NCBI GenBank assembly: GCA_948467545.1
Contig: CAOKER010000006.1
Coordinates: 664 to 64,663, forward strand
DNA: 64,000 bases
Direction: 5' to 3'
Source: an uncultured Eubacteriales bacterium
GTDB taxonomy: Bacteria; Bacillota; Clostridia; Oscillospirales; CAG-272
Of this stretch, positions 29,693 to 39,549 are shown piece by piece. Numbering within the stretch: position 1 is the first letter of the stretch; every line of letters starts with the position of its first letter. Below the pieces are notes generated by a model. It was not told the origin of the DNA. It saw only the letters and a list, made by a program, of their open reading frames with translations, and did no database searches. The translations under genes and the position numbers were made by a program.

Positions 29693-31099
29693 ATGAATAT
29701 CTTGAATAAAATTAACTGCGATTTGATAATTGTCGGCGCCGGACCGGCCGGAATCTTCACCGCACTTGAGCTTATACGCCGCGAAAAGAAAAAACACATA
29801 ATTATTGTGGAAAAAGGACTTCCGATTGAAAAAAGGCGCTGTCCAAAAAGTCAAACTCAAAAATGCATAAACTGTAAACCTCATTGCCATATTACTACCG
29901 GTTTTTCCGGCGCGGGGGCATTTTCGGACGGAAAACTGTCTCTGAGCTGTGAAGTAGGCGGAGATTTGCCTCAGCTTATGGGCGACGATATTGTACAAAA
30001 TACAATTGATTATACAGATAAAATCTACCTTGAATTCGGTGCCGATACAAAAATTGAAGGAATAGGAAACAGCGATGAAGTAAAGGAAATACGAAAAAGA
30101 GCCATTGTAGCAGGGCTAAAGCTTGTCGACTGTCCGATACGTCATTTGGGAACCGAGCATGCACACGAAATTTATTACGCAATTGAGCAGTATCTTCTGA
30201 AAAATGGTGTTGAAATGCTGTTCAACCATGAATGTACAAATCTTAAAATTGCAGACGGCAAGTGTCTCGGTGTTTATGTAAGCGGCAAGAACAATGATTT
30301 TGAAATCTGCGCCGACCATACCGTCGTGGCAACAGGACGGCGCGGCGCCGATTGGCTTGAACGTATATGCGCCGAACACGACATCGCGCATCAGCCCGGA
30401 ACCGTAGATATTGGCGTACGGGTAGAAGTGAGAAACGAAATCATGGAAAAAGTGAACCGCGTACTCTATGAAAGCAAGCTCATCGGATATCCCCGTCCGT
30501 TTAAAAATAAGGTTCGTACATTTTGTCAAAATCCCGGAGGAATAGTCAGCCAGGAAAACTACGACAACGATCTTGCCGTTGTAAACGGACATTCATACAA
30601 GGATTTTAAGACCGACAACACAAATCTTGCAATTCTTGTCTCCCATAATTTCAATCAGCCGTTCAACCAACCGATTTCATACGCCCAAAAGGTAGGAGAG
30701 CTCACAAATATGCTCGGCGCGGGACACATTCTTGTTCAGCGTTACGGAGATATAATCGACGGCAAACGCACATGGCCCAAAGAGCTTGTACAATCAAATC
30801 TGCGCCCGTCCTTAAAAGACGCCGTTGCGGGAGATATTACCGCCGCAATGCCATATCGCGCCATGGTCAACATTCTCAGCTTTATTCAAGCGCTTGATCA
30901 GGTAGTACCGGGATTCGCCTCCACAGAAACTCTTTTGTATTCTCCGGAACTCAAGTTTTACAGTAACCGCATAAAAATGGATCAGAATTTCAATACAAGC
31001 ATCGAGGGACTTCATTGTCTCGGAGATTCCAGCGGCTGGACAAGAGGACTTATGATGGCGTCTGTAATGGGAGTGCTTATGGGGCGCTCTCTCGACTAA
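29693..31099 (+). CDS. NAD(P)/FAD-dependent oxidoreductase (COG2509-like)
   Basis: IVGAGPAG, Cys cluster, GAGAFSDGKL, VRTFCQNP, GD..RG. Confidence 0.85.
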   Translation: MNILNKINCDLIIVGAGPAGIFTALELIRREKKKHIIIVEKGLPIEKRRCPKSQTQKCINCKPHCHITTGFSGAGAFSDGKLSLSCEVGGDLPQLMGDDIVQNTIDYTDKIYLEFGADTKIEGIGNSDEVKEIRKRAIVAGLKLVDCPIRHLGTEHAHEIYYAIEQYLLKNGVEMLFNHECTNLKIADGKCLGVYVSGKNNDFEICADHTVVATGRRGADWLERICAEHDIAHQPGTVDIGVRVEVRNEIMEKVNRVLYESKLIGYPRPFKNKVRTFCQNPGGIVSQENYDNDLAVVNGHSYKDFKTDNTNLAILVSHNFNQPFNQPISYAQKVGELTNMLGAGHILVQRYGDIIDGKRTWPKELVQSNLRPSLKDAVAGDITAAMPYRAMVNILSFIQALDQVVPGFASTETLLYSPELKFYSNRIKMDQNFNTSIEGLHCLGDSSGWTRGLMMASVMGVLMGRSLD

Positions 31100-31131
31100 A
31101 CATATATATAAATTATAAGCCTCTCACAGAG

Positions 31132-31584
31132 ATGAAAGTAAAAAAAGTAACGGGCGACAGAAGACGTTATCTTCCACTGCTGTTATTGGCCGACGAGCAA
31201 GAAGATATGATCGACAGATACATCGGTAAAGGCACAATGTATATACTGGAGCATGAAGGAGTAAAATGCGAATGTATCGTAACCGACGAAGGCGGCGGGA
31301 TTCTTGAAATTAAGAACATCGCTACCGTTCCGGAGCACCGCGGCAAGGGATACGGAAGGATAATGATTGAATATATCGCCGCAAAATACAAAGGTCCGTA
31401 TTCCGTTTTGCAGGCCGGAACCGGCGACAGTCCGCAGACTATTCCATTTTACGAAAAGTGCGGCTTTGTCCGCTCACATGTTATCAAAAATTTCTTTACC
31501 GAGAATTATGACCACCCCATATATGAATGCGGTATAAAGCTGCAGGATATGGTCATCATGCAAAGGAAACTCAACAAGGAATAA
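31132..31584 (+). CDS. GNAT family N-acetyltransferase
   Basis: LLLLADE, EIKNIAT..HRGKGYG, FYEKCGF. Confidence 0.88.
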   Translation: MKVKKVTGDRRRYLPLLLLADEQEDMIDRYIGKGTMYILEHEGVKCECIVTDEGGGILEIKNIATVPEHRGKGYGRIMIEYIAAKYKGPYSVLQAGTGDSPQTIPFYEKCGFVRSHVIKNFFTENYDHPIYECGIKLQDMVIMQRKLNKE

Positions 31585-31670
31585 AGACTGCCGCAAAATG
31601 CTTATACAGGCGGCAGCCGAACCGCATAAATTATAAAAAACATCAATTTATTATTCTGTATTATTTAATA

Positions 31671-31739
31671 ATAAAAGCTCCTGCCGAACAAAACCGGACT
31701 GCCCCAAATAGTGCAGACAGTACCGGCGGGAGCTTTTAT
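31671..31739. terminator. Bidirectional terminator-like stem with an unusually large loop
   Basis: ATAAAAGCTCCTGCCG .. CGGCGGGAGCTTTTAT between convergent genes. Confidence 0.6.
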
Positions 31740-31814
31740 ATTTTAAATCATTTAAGATAATTAACAGTCAGTTACACCGTCATCGAAAAAGCAATGCCTC
31801 CAACAATCCGCGGC

Positions 31815-31978
31815 ATAAACAGCTGCTTTCTATACAAATATAGCCACTGCCATACAAATACAGCTGCCGCCATACAAATGCGGCTGCCCATACTATATCT
31901 GCCCATACTATATAGCTGCTGCCCATACAAATACAGCTACCGGCTATATAAATACAGCTGCCGCCTATACATATATAG
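31815..31978. repeat. Degenerate tandem array of about 20 bp (ATACAAATACAGCTGCCGCC, about 8 units)
   Basis: Contiguous 15-21-bp variant units with no spacers. Confidence 0.85.
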
Positions 31979-32006
31979 TATTTCATTCTCGGTTATACGT
32001 CATTTA

Positions 32007-33131
32007 TTATTCAGTTCGTGAATCATCCCGCGAATCTGATGAAAGCATTGCATCAAGAATGGCCGCAGCGTCCTCTATACACCTCAGACATGGACGCTTC
32101 TTATAAAATTCTTCATCCCGTTTTGCGGGCACAGGTGAAGAATCGCTGACAATGCCTTTTAAAATGTCCCGACACACAATTGAGCCGTGCAGCTTTCTGA
32201 ATTCCTCCGCCAAGGACTGAACACGCGCATAATGCGCGCATTTCATTTCATAGTCTCCGGGCCTGTCATACCCCCAGAAAAATCCCGCGGCCATAAGCAT
32301 TCCGCTTACTGCGCCGCATACTTCGCGAAGCCTTCCCATACCTCCGCCAAAAGATGACGCAAGCTTAAGCGCGGTATGCTTGTCTAATCCCATTATATCA
32401 TTAAAAGCGAGAAAAACAGCCTGACTGCAGTTATACCCCTCAAGAAACAGATCTCCCGCTATTTTGCTGTGATCTTTATGCTCGCCCGTAATAAGCGAAT
32501 ACAACTGCGACGGATTTGAGGCAATCGAAGACGCGCCGTTTTTTCTGAGAAAATCACGGGAACGGAATCCCCAGTCAACAGATATACAGTCAACCCCGGC
32601 GTTCTCCGCAGTCATTATATCAACGTCCGAATCTCCAATATACACAGTTTCCTCACGTCTGTATCCAAATGTACGCAAAATTTCGTTCACCGAATCGGGA
32701 GACGGTTTTCTCCTTATACCTTCACGCTCGCCTACCGCAGCGTCAAAGATTCCGGGAAAATACTTTTCACAAAGCTTCTTAACCGCATAGTCAGCTTTAT
32801 TTGAAACAACCGCAATACGCATTCCCATACCTTTCAGCCGTTCAAGCATGCCGGTAATTCCATCATATGCTTTAGTTTTATCCTCGCAGTGGCGGCGGTA
32901 AAAATCCGTAAAACACGAATGTACCCTATCGACGTCTGCTTCAGACGTACAATCAGGTACGCCAAGCTCAATCAGCCGGCGTATTCCGTTGCCGACAAAC
33001 TGTCTAACCTCATCCTTTGAACGCTCAGGATAACCGTTATTCCGAAGAGCATAGTTCAGCGCATCGGTTAAATCATCCAGCGTATCAAGTATCGTCCCGT
33101 CAAGGTCAAATATAACAAATTTATATTTCAT
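32007..33131 (-). CDS. HAD-family phosphatase fused to a C-GCAxxG-C-C domain
   Basis: N-terminal FDLDGT, SNK, KP, GDSDVD; C-terminal YNCSQAV..GGGMG..CGAVSG..C..C. Confidence 0.85.
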   Translation of the reverse strand: MKYKFVIFDLDGTILDTLDDLTDALNYALRNNGYPERSKDEVRQFVGNGIRRLIELGVPDCTSEADVDRVHSCFTDFYRRHCEDKTKAYDGITGMLERLKGMGMRIAVVSNKADYAVKKLCEKYFPGIFDAAVGEREGIRRKPSPDSVNEILRTFGYRREETVYIGDSDVDIMTAENAGVDCISVDWGFRSRDFLRKNGASSIASNPSQLYSLITGEHKDHSKIAGDLFLEGYNCSQAVFLAFNDIMGLDKHTALKLASSFGGGMGRLREVCGAVSGMLMAAGFFWGYDRPGDYEMKCAHYARVQSLAEEFRKLHGSIVCRDILKGIVSDSSPVPAKRDEEFYKKRPCLRCIEDAAAILDAMLSSDSRDDSRTE

Positions 33132-33211
33132 ATTTCAATCAGTCCTTTTTGACATGTACTAATCAATTTTGCTTAGAAAATCAATAACAAAAATTATTTC
33201 TTTATTATAGG

Positions 33212-33607
33212 TTATAATTTCAATGCTGCTTTCAAATCAGATACATATAGTTCCTGCTGTTTCTTTATAAATGCTTTCACAAGAGGTTTCATAAAAAATT
33301 TCTTTGCAGATACATCCTCTGTAAAATCAATCTCTGTCTGACCGTCTTTTTCTGCAAAAATCCCCGTCCAATGTCCCGTCATATTGTCATTTTCCATATC
33401 AAATTCCCACCGTTTGCACGGTACGAAAGCAGTAATTGTAAATGTAGTTGCAAAACCATCTTTTGTATATTCAATGAATTGCTTCTCATTTACTATTTCA
33501 ATTTTGCTCAAATCACTTCGCCATTGATATTTTTCCAATGCAGTAACCGTGTTCCAAACTGTATTAATATCACAAGAAATAAGGACTTTTATATTATATG
33601 CTGCCAT
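33212..33607 (-). CDS. SRPBCC/polyketide-cyclase-like protein
   Basis: VWNTVT..WRSDL..FIEYTKDG..DFTE pattern; AT-rich gene. Confidence 0.7.
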   Translation of the reverse strand: MAAYNIKVLISCDINTVWNTVTALEKYQWRSDLSKIEIVNEKQFIEYTKDGFATTFTITAFVPCKRWEFDMENDNMTGHWTGIFAEKDGQTEIDFTEDVSAKKFFMKPLVKAFIKKQQELYVSDLKAALKL

Positions 33608-33757
33608 TTTTACCCCTCCGTAAACCGTATTTTAGCTAATCCTTAATTTGTAACCAAACTCAATAATTGCAAAAACCCGTATTTTTTATTATATCTCTTT
33701 CCCCAATCCTTTTCAATAGCGCAGACAAAAAATATAGTGAATTATTACGCCGCATCC

Positions 33758-33786
33758 TTGACAAATATTATGAAATAGTTTATTAT
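33758..33786 (+). promoter_or_regulatory. sigma-A promoter
   Basis: TTGACA-N17-TATTAT. Confidence 0.65.
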
Positions 33787-33830
33787 TAGATAAACTTTTT
33801 AATACAGCTAAAAGGAAGTGGATATAATAT

Positions 33831-35249
33831 ATGGAAAAGAAAAAAATATACTGCGGATGGGGTAAGCGCGACATCACTCCTCCTCAGCCAACACCCCTTC
33901 AGGGGCAGTTTAATCTTCGTATTCCCACACATACAAACGATCCTCTGTACGCTACAGCATTTGCCGTCTGCAGCGAAGGAGAAAAGCCGATTGTATGGTG
34001 CAGTGTAGATATAGTTGAAATACTTGTTGAAGCAACAGAGGAAATTGCCGCCGAAATTGCGAAACTTGTACCGGATTTTAAACGCGAGCAGCTGATAATA
34101 AGCACCATACACACCCATACCGGACCGCATCTTTTTTCCGACGCAATGGAGTTTATGTGGGGCGACGCATTTAAGCTCGTAACCCCGGAAGGATGTATGA
34201 CGCCGGAAGAATATCGTTTAAAATATTTTGTTCCGTCAGTCGCCGCCGCATGCGCCGAGGCGCTTAATTCACTTGCACCGGCAGGGATAACGTCTGAACT
34301 CGGACATGCTGTTTTGGGACATCCCAGACGCGTCACCTACAGAGACGGAAGCTCGGTAATGTACGGAAATACCGACGATTACGGATTCGATTGTCTCGAA
34401 GGCTGCAACGACAACGGCGTTGAGCTTCTGTATGTTTTCGACGATCATGATAAGCTGAACGGAGCTGTCGTAAACTTCCACTGCCCCGCTCAGGTTCTCG
34501 AAATGAACGAATATTTCTCGGCAGATTTTGTAGGATATTTTCGTATGCAGCTTGCAAAGAAGCTCGGCAAGGAAATTCCGATTCTTGCGATAATAGGCAA
34601 TGCGGGAAATATTGCTCCGAGAGATCTTGTAAGACGCAACCGCGGAGAACCCGATATGCATGAAATTCCGGGAGCCGCAGAGCTTGGAAGACGTCTTTGT
34701 GTATGCTTTCTCGAACATATTGAGCATGCGCAAAACCACATCATACATGAGGCTGAGTTTGGTCATAAATTCGATATTCTTCAGCTTCCGATGCGCACTG
34801 TAACCGTCTCGGAATACAACGACGCAAAAAAAGCATACGATGAAATTCTCAAAAAGGTCGGAGGAACTGTTGAAGCACTTCAGAACGCCGACGCCGCAAC
34901 AAAAATGGATTCAAGCTGGCATGCCGGTATAATAAAACGCTATGAAAGACAGCAAAAGTGCACCATATATGATACGCCGGTACACGCCCTTCGAATAGGC
35001 GATTGTGCTTTCGTTACAAATCCGTTTGAGCTGTATATAGAATACAGCCTTCGTATGCGCGCGCGCTCAAAGGCCGAACATACATTTACGGCTGAGCTGA
35101 CAGATGACTGTGCGGCATATCTGCCGACGCCGAATGCGGTTGCATCAAAAAGCTATTCGGCAATGGTTTCAAACTGCATGGTAACCTGCGAAGCGGGAGA
35201 GCTTCTCACCGAAATTTCCATAAGAATGATTAACAGCATGTGGGAGTAA
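33831..35249 (+). CDS. Neutral/alkaline ceramidase-like amidohydrolase (cytoplasmic)
   Basis: DITP..DPLYA..HTHTGP..SADF..GNAGN..IGD..P.ELY family motifs. Confidence 0.65.
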   Translation: MEKKKIYCGWGKRDITPPQPTPLQGQFNLRIPTHTNDPLYATAFAVCSEGEKPIVWCSVDIVEILVEATEEIAAEIAKLVPDFKREQLIISTIHTHTGPHLFSDAMEFMWGDAFKLVTPEGCMTPEEYRLKYFVPSVAAACAEALNSLAPAGITSELGHAVLGHPRRVTYRDGSSVMYGNTDDYGFDCLEGCNDNGVELLYVFDDHDKLNGAVVNFHCPAQVLEMNEYFSADFVGYFRMQLAKKLGKEIPILAIIGNAGNIAPRDLVRRNRGEPDMHEIPGAAELGRRLCVCFLEHIEHAQNHIIHEAEFGHKFDILQLPMRTVTVSEYNDAKKAYDEILKKVGGTVEALQNADAATKMDSSWHAGIIKRYERQQKCTIYDTPVHALRIGDCAFVTNPFELYIEYSLRMRARSKAEHTFTAELTDDCAAYLPTPNAVASKSYSAMVSNCMVTCEAGELLTEISIRMINSMWE

Positions 35250-35281
35250 AAACGATTTTATAAATCATATACGGTAATATT

Positions 35282-35352
35282 TTTAATATGGCGATAAGCG
35301 CCGTCATCGGGCAACTCGGGGGCGGACCGCAACACCGCCGAAAAAAGCCGGT
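35282..35352 (+). repeat. Dispersed hairpin repeat copy
   Basis: TTTAATATGGCGATAAGCGCCGTCAT..CTCGGGGGCGGA..CCGCCGAAAAAAGCCGG. Confidence 0.75.
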
Positions 35353-35446
35353 GTACCCCGCCGCATTAGTGGTCGGGCACCCTGCTTTCAGTCATAAAAT
35401 ATTTATTATCATATCAATCAAAAGCCAAGAAAGGCATGGTCTAAAC

Positions 35447-36238
35447 ATGAACGGTAATTATCAGGAATTAATGCAAAAAGAAGCGTTTATATGCGATATG
35501 GACGGAGTTATATATCACGGAAACAAGCTCCTGCCGAATGTTCATGAATTTGTTTGCTGGCTTCAAAATAACAACAAAAAGTTTTTATTTCTTACAAACA
35601 GCAGTGAACGTTCCCCTCGCGAACTCGCTCAAAAGCTTGAACGAATGGGACTTTCCGTAAGTGAAGACCATTTCTACACAAGCGCCCTTGCAACCGCATC
35701 CTTTCTGAAAAACCAAAAACCCGGCGGCAGCGCATATGTAATCGGTGAACCGGGGCTGGTAAATGCAATATATGAAGCAGGGCTGTCGATGAACGACTAT
35801 AATCCGGATTATGTTGTATTCGGCGAAACACGCTCTCTGAGCTATGAAAAAATCGAACATGCGTCCAGACTTGTTCAAAAAGGCGCAAAGCTAATCGGTA
35901 CAAATACCGATTTAACCGCTCCTTCGGAAAAGGGAATCATTCCTGCATGCCGCGCATTAATTGCGCCTATCGAGATGACTACGGGAAAAGCTGCGTACTA
36001 TATCGGCAAGCCCAACCCTCTTATGATGCGGCACGCATTGCGCAGAATAAACTGTGAATCAAAAAACGCCGTAATAATCGGAGACCGTATGGACACAGAC
36101 ATTATAGCGGGAATTGAGAGCGGACTTGACACGGTACTCGTATTATCCGGAGTTACTACGCCGGAAAACATCAATCTTTTTCCATACTGCCCCAAATATA
36201 TTTTCCCTAATGTAGGAAGTATAATAGGACTTGAGTAA
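35447..36238 (+). CDS. HAD-IIA family hydrolase (NagD-like)
   Basis: DMDGV, LTNS, GKP, IGDRMDTDI. Confidence 0.9.
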   Translation: MNGNYQELMQKEAFICDMDGVIYHGNKLLPNVHEFVCWLQNNNKKFLFLTNSSERSPRELAQKLERMGLSVSEDHFYTSALATASFLKNQKPGGSAYVIGEPGLVNAIYEAGLSMNDYNPDYVVFGETRSLSYEKIEHASRLVQKGAKLIGTNTDLTAPSEKGIIPACRALIAPIEMTTGKAAYYIGKPNPLMMRHALRRINCESKNAVIIGDRMDTDIIAGIESGLDTVLVLSGVTTPENINLFPYCPKYIFPNVGSIIGLE

Positions 36239-36243
36239 AACAG

Positions 36244-36273
36244 AAAGTGCATCGTAATGATGCACTTTTTTTA
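36244..36273 (+). terminator. Intrinsic terminator
   Basis: AAAGTGCATC-gtaat-GATGCACTTT followed by a T-run. Confidence 0.8.
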
Positions 36274-36534
36274 ATAAACCACCCGGCGCTTTTATTCAGG
36301 CATTTAGGCGGCTGCCGTATGTAACAGAAAAAAGCAAGAGAAACATGCCTATAAGAACCTATAATATAAGAGCCTATAAAATTAATATAAGAGCCTATAA
36401 AAATGTAGTGAGCTCTTTACTGTAACTATATTTTTCCACCGATAAATTCATATATTTGAATTCGTCCGCATAAAAATTGAAACAAGCATAAAGAACTTTT
36501 TAATAATAAAAAATCGGACGGAGGCCAAATACAA

Positions 36535-37521
36535 ATGTTTGTCAATATCTATAAACCTGAAGGAATGCTTATCGGAACTGAAGAAAACCGCGAATTTCTG
36601 TCATCGCAGGCAGGCATAGAACGTGCCGCCGCAGGCGGAAAAATACTTGAGGGAATTGCAGTCATGTGCGACGGAGACATGACTCTTACCGTGGATCTCG
36701 GATGTATGAAAGGAATCATTCCCAAATCCGAAGCCGCATATATCCCTGACGGAAACGAACTTAAAGATATAGCCGTTATTACAAGGGTTGGAAAAGCCGT
36801 GTGTTTTCGGGTTCTTGCTATTGAACGAGATGAAAGCGGACATCCGTATGCCGTACTGTCAAGACGCGCAGCTCAGCTGGAATGTCTGAATTGTTATCTG
36901 TCATCGCTTGAAGAGGGAGATATTATTCCGGCGAGAGTGACTCATCTCGAACACTTCGGGGCGTTTGTCGATATCGGCTGCGGTATAGTATCGCTTCTTT
37001 CGATTGACTGTATTTCTGTTTCAAGAATCTGCCACCCAAAGGATCGCTTTTACATCGGAATGAATATAAAGGCAATAATTAAAAGTATGGAATACGACGA
37101 TAACGGTTCGCTCGTACGGGTTTATGTTTCACATAAGGAGCTTCTCGGAACGTGGCAAGAAAATGCCGATCTTTTTTCAGCGGGACAAACGGTATCCGGA
37201 ATCATAAGGAGTATTGAGGAATACGGAATTTTTGTTGAACTTACCCCGAATCTTGCAGGTCTGTCCGAATACCGTGACGATGTAGTTATCGGACAGACCG
37301 CGGCCGTATATATAAAAAGTATAATTCCGGAAAGAATGAAAATTAAGCTTGTGCTGATTGATTCTTATAAGGGCGAACTTCAAACCCCCAAAATGCATTA
37401 TTACATAAATGACAAAACGGAGACGCATATAGATTACTGGAGATATTCCCCTCCCTGCTGTCCCCGCATTATAGAGACCAGCTTTTTGCCTTCCGACAGT
37501 GAATCGGAATTAAAAATATAG
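36535..37521 (+). CDS. Multi-S1 RNA-binding domain protein (ribosomal S1-like)
   Basis: S1 motifs LSRR, FGAFVDIG, YGIFVEL. Confidence 0.8.
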   Translation: MFVNIYKPEGMLIGTEENREFLSSQAGIERAAAGGKILEGIAVMCDGDMTLTVDLGCMKGIIPKSEAAYIPDGNELKDIAVITRVGKAVCFRVLAIERDESGHPYAVLSRRAAQLECLNCYLSSLEEGDIIPARVTHLEHFGAFVDIGCGIVSLLSIDCISVSRICHPKDRFYIGMNIKAIIKSMEYDDNGSLVRVYVSHKELLGTWQENADLFSAGQTVSGIIRSIEEYGIFVELTPNLAGLSEYRDDVVIGQTAAVYIKSIIPERMKIKLVLIDSYKGELQTPKMHYYINDKTETHIDYWRYSPPCCPRIIETSFLPSDSESELKI

Positions 37522-37566
37522 GGGTATTATTTTTAATTTAGGAGTATTATTCTTAATTTATGCAGG

Positions 37567-37596
37567 AAACTGACGCCGCAGAACGGCGTCAGTTTT
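37567..37596 (+). terminator. Intrinsic terminator
   Basis: AAACTGACGCCG-cagaa-CGGCGTCAGTTTT. Confidence 0.8.
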
Positions 37597-37600
37597 ATTA

Positions 37601-37962
37601 TGGCTTTAGTCAGTCGAGGACTGGACGTCCGAAACAAAGAACCACCAGCTATGCGGGGGCGTGTCGAAAGTTATATAAAAAAATCTCCAAAGCAGTACAA
37701 TAAGGTTGATCAAGTCTTAGAGAACTACGAAAGGAGAATTTTAATGGCAAACGGCACAAATAGTTTATCACATACAAAATGGTTATGAAAGTACCATATA
37801 GTAATTGTTCCCAAATACAGAATAATAATATATAATCAGTACCGAAAGGACTTGCAAGCATTATAAGAACACGATGCAAATACAAAGGTGTAGAAATAAT
37901 AGAAGGACATATAACGCCCGACATTTACATCTTTTCATCTTTTGCTGAGTATACCACCCAAA
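37601..37962 (+). pseudogene. tnpA: IS200/IS605 family Y1 transposase relic with left-end region
   Basis: From 37744: MANGTNSLSHTKWL*KYHIVIVPKYR.., then after frameshifts CKYKGVEIIEGH..HLLLSIPPK; truncated; decayed ACCACC-type hairpin near 37640. Confidence 0.85.
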
Positions 37963-38002
37963 ACGAAAATGTGTGCAATATGTTGTATATAATATGTAAT
38001 AA

Positions 38003-38776
38003 TTAGTTGTCCATATTTTTATAAAACGAAATATGCCTGCAACACCATTCAAACCCTGATTTAATGGCTACTTTTGAAGATGTCTCCGTTGCATTACTCC
38101 AAAAAGCTGTTTTATTCTCTTTTTTTGATATTTCAGCATAATATTTTCCTAACAATGTACCAATACCGATATTTCTATATTTATTGGCAACATAAATATA
38201 ATCTACATCATTAACGTCTTCAAATATATTTACATATGAAAGATACCCCAAAATACAATTGTTTTCTACATATGCTATAATTCGTCCGTTTTCTTTGCAA
38301 ATGAACACATCTAAAAGTCTTTCAAAAGAAGGACGATATTGAATTTTCTCATTACAGTCATTGTATGTATAACAGTTTATGTTATGGGCGGTAAGTTCTA
38401 CGATGTGATTATCTGATATAAAATCATTTTCGCAAATACTATTTTTATAATTTATATAACTATCGTAAGCTGAATTAAATTTATAATGATTCTTATTTAG
38501 ATATTGTATATCTTCTTCATACATATTGGGAGCAACATTGAAATTAATCAATACCGTATTGCAACTAATATTTTTTCTAATAATATCTTCTATATTATTT
38601 AGCTCGTTGCGACAATAGTTGGTAACCATACAATAGTTTTCGTCACAATTTAATATGCATACTATACCATTTATATCAAATAATTCTACGCCGGATGATG
38701 ATTGTAAAAAATAATCATATTCCAAACAATATCTATAATCATTTTTCAGTTTCTGAATCAACTCAAAATTTCTCAT
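38003..38776 (-). CDS. AT-rich protein with a C-terminal GNAT domain
   Basis: IYVANKYRNIGIGT..KSGF; own GAGGTG RBS before ATG 38776. Confidence 0.7.
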   Translation of the reverse strand: MRNFELIQKLKNDYRYCLEYDYFLQSSSGVELFDINGIVCILNCDENYCMVTNYCRNELNNIEDIIRKNISCNTVLINFNVAPNMYEEDIQYLNKNHYKFNSAYDSYINYKNSICENDFISDNHIVELTAHNINCYTYNDCNEKIQYRPSFERLLDVFICKENGRIIAYVENNCILGYLSYVNIFEDVNDVDYIYVANKYRNIGIGTLLGKYYAEISKKENKTAFWSNATETSSKVAIKSGFEWCCRHISFYKNMDN

Positions 38777-38965
38777 AGTTACACCTCTAACTATTACAGT
38801 AATATTTAATACAACAGATATAATCCCACTAAAAGTATTCAAAACGTCATTAACTCTTTGATTAGTTTCCGATAGTGCACGTGTATATTTATCAAAAAAC
38901 TCTGAATTTTCATAACATGCTAAATCTATGGCCTGAGCTTTATCTATCATCTCATCATTGACTTT
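38777..38965 (-). pseudogene. Internal fragment of an ABC transporter permease/ATPase
   Basis: KAQAIDLACYENSEFFDKYTRAL resembles the DLxxYExxxFYD motif of Firmicute ABC exporters; no N-terminus. Confidence 0.6.
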
Positions 38966-39393
38966 TTATATTTCCAAACATATCCGAGCATGAATAAATT
39001 ATTTTTCACAGCCGTCATTTTTTCTCACTTATAGTTGTCAAAAGGTGTCTGTATAACTGTATTTGCTTAAGCTCATATATGTATATTTTCTATATCTCTG
39101 ATTATGATTTTATCATATAACTAATATAACAAAACAGCACAAAACTTTCCTATAACAGGTTAGCTTTGCGCTGCATAAGTATATTCAAAATTTAACGATG
39201 ATAAAAACACGCTAAAACAAGTTGATCGTTTATTATAGTCATGTCGGTAAGACGATATGTGTAACATGACAAAATCTCCTTTAAATGTATATTCCGTCTC
39301 TACTTAATTTAAGTATACCATACGTAAAGCTTTTTGTCAATATTTGATTGCACTTTTTTATTTTGCAAAAAAATGACAAAAGATGAAAAAGTA

Positions 39394-39422
39394 TTGACAA
39401 ATGTATTCCGGTAAGCTAAAAT
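39394..39422 (+). promoter_or_regulatory. sigma-A promoter
   Basis: TTGACA-N17-TAAAAT. Confidence 0.7.
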
Positions 39423-39549
39423 ATTGTTATACGAACAAAAAAATGCATGATACCGCTTATTATAAGGATATGCTAAAGCAGTCACACAGCATCTGCCGGA
39501 GCGGCTTAGCATTAAAAATATATTCTGATACAAGGGAGAATAATTACCA

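Noticed and set aside
31780-32021. Small repetitive Cys/Tyr-rich ORFs (also 5784-5975 and 58846-59182) as peptide precursors
   Set aside because: They are translations of DNA minisatellites whose unit lengths shift frame; no clear RBS or modification genes nearby.
35878-35892. AAGGCGCAAAGC inside the NagD-like gene as a repeat copy
   Set aside because: Only half the hairpin, and explained by the codons for KGAK.
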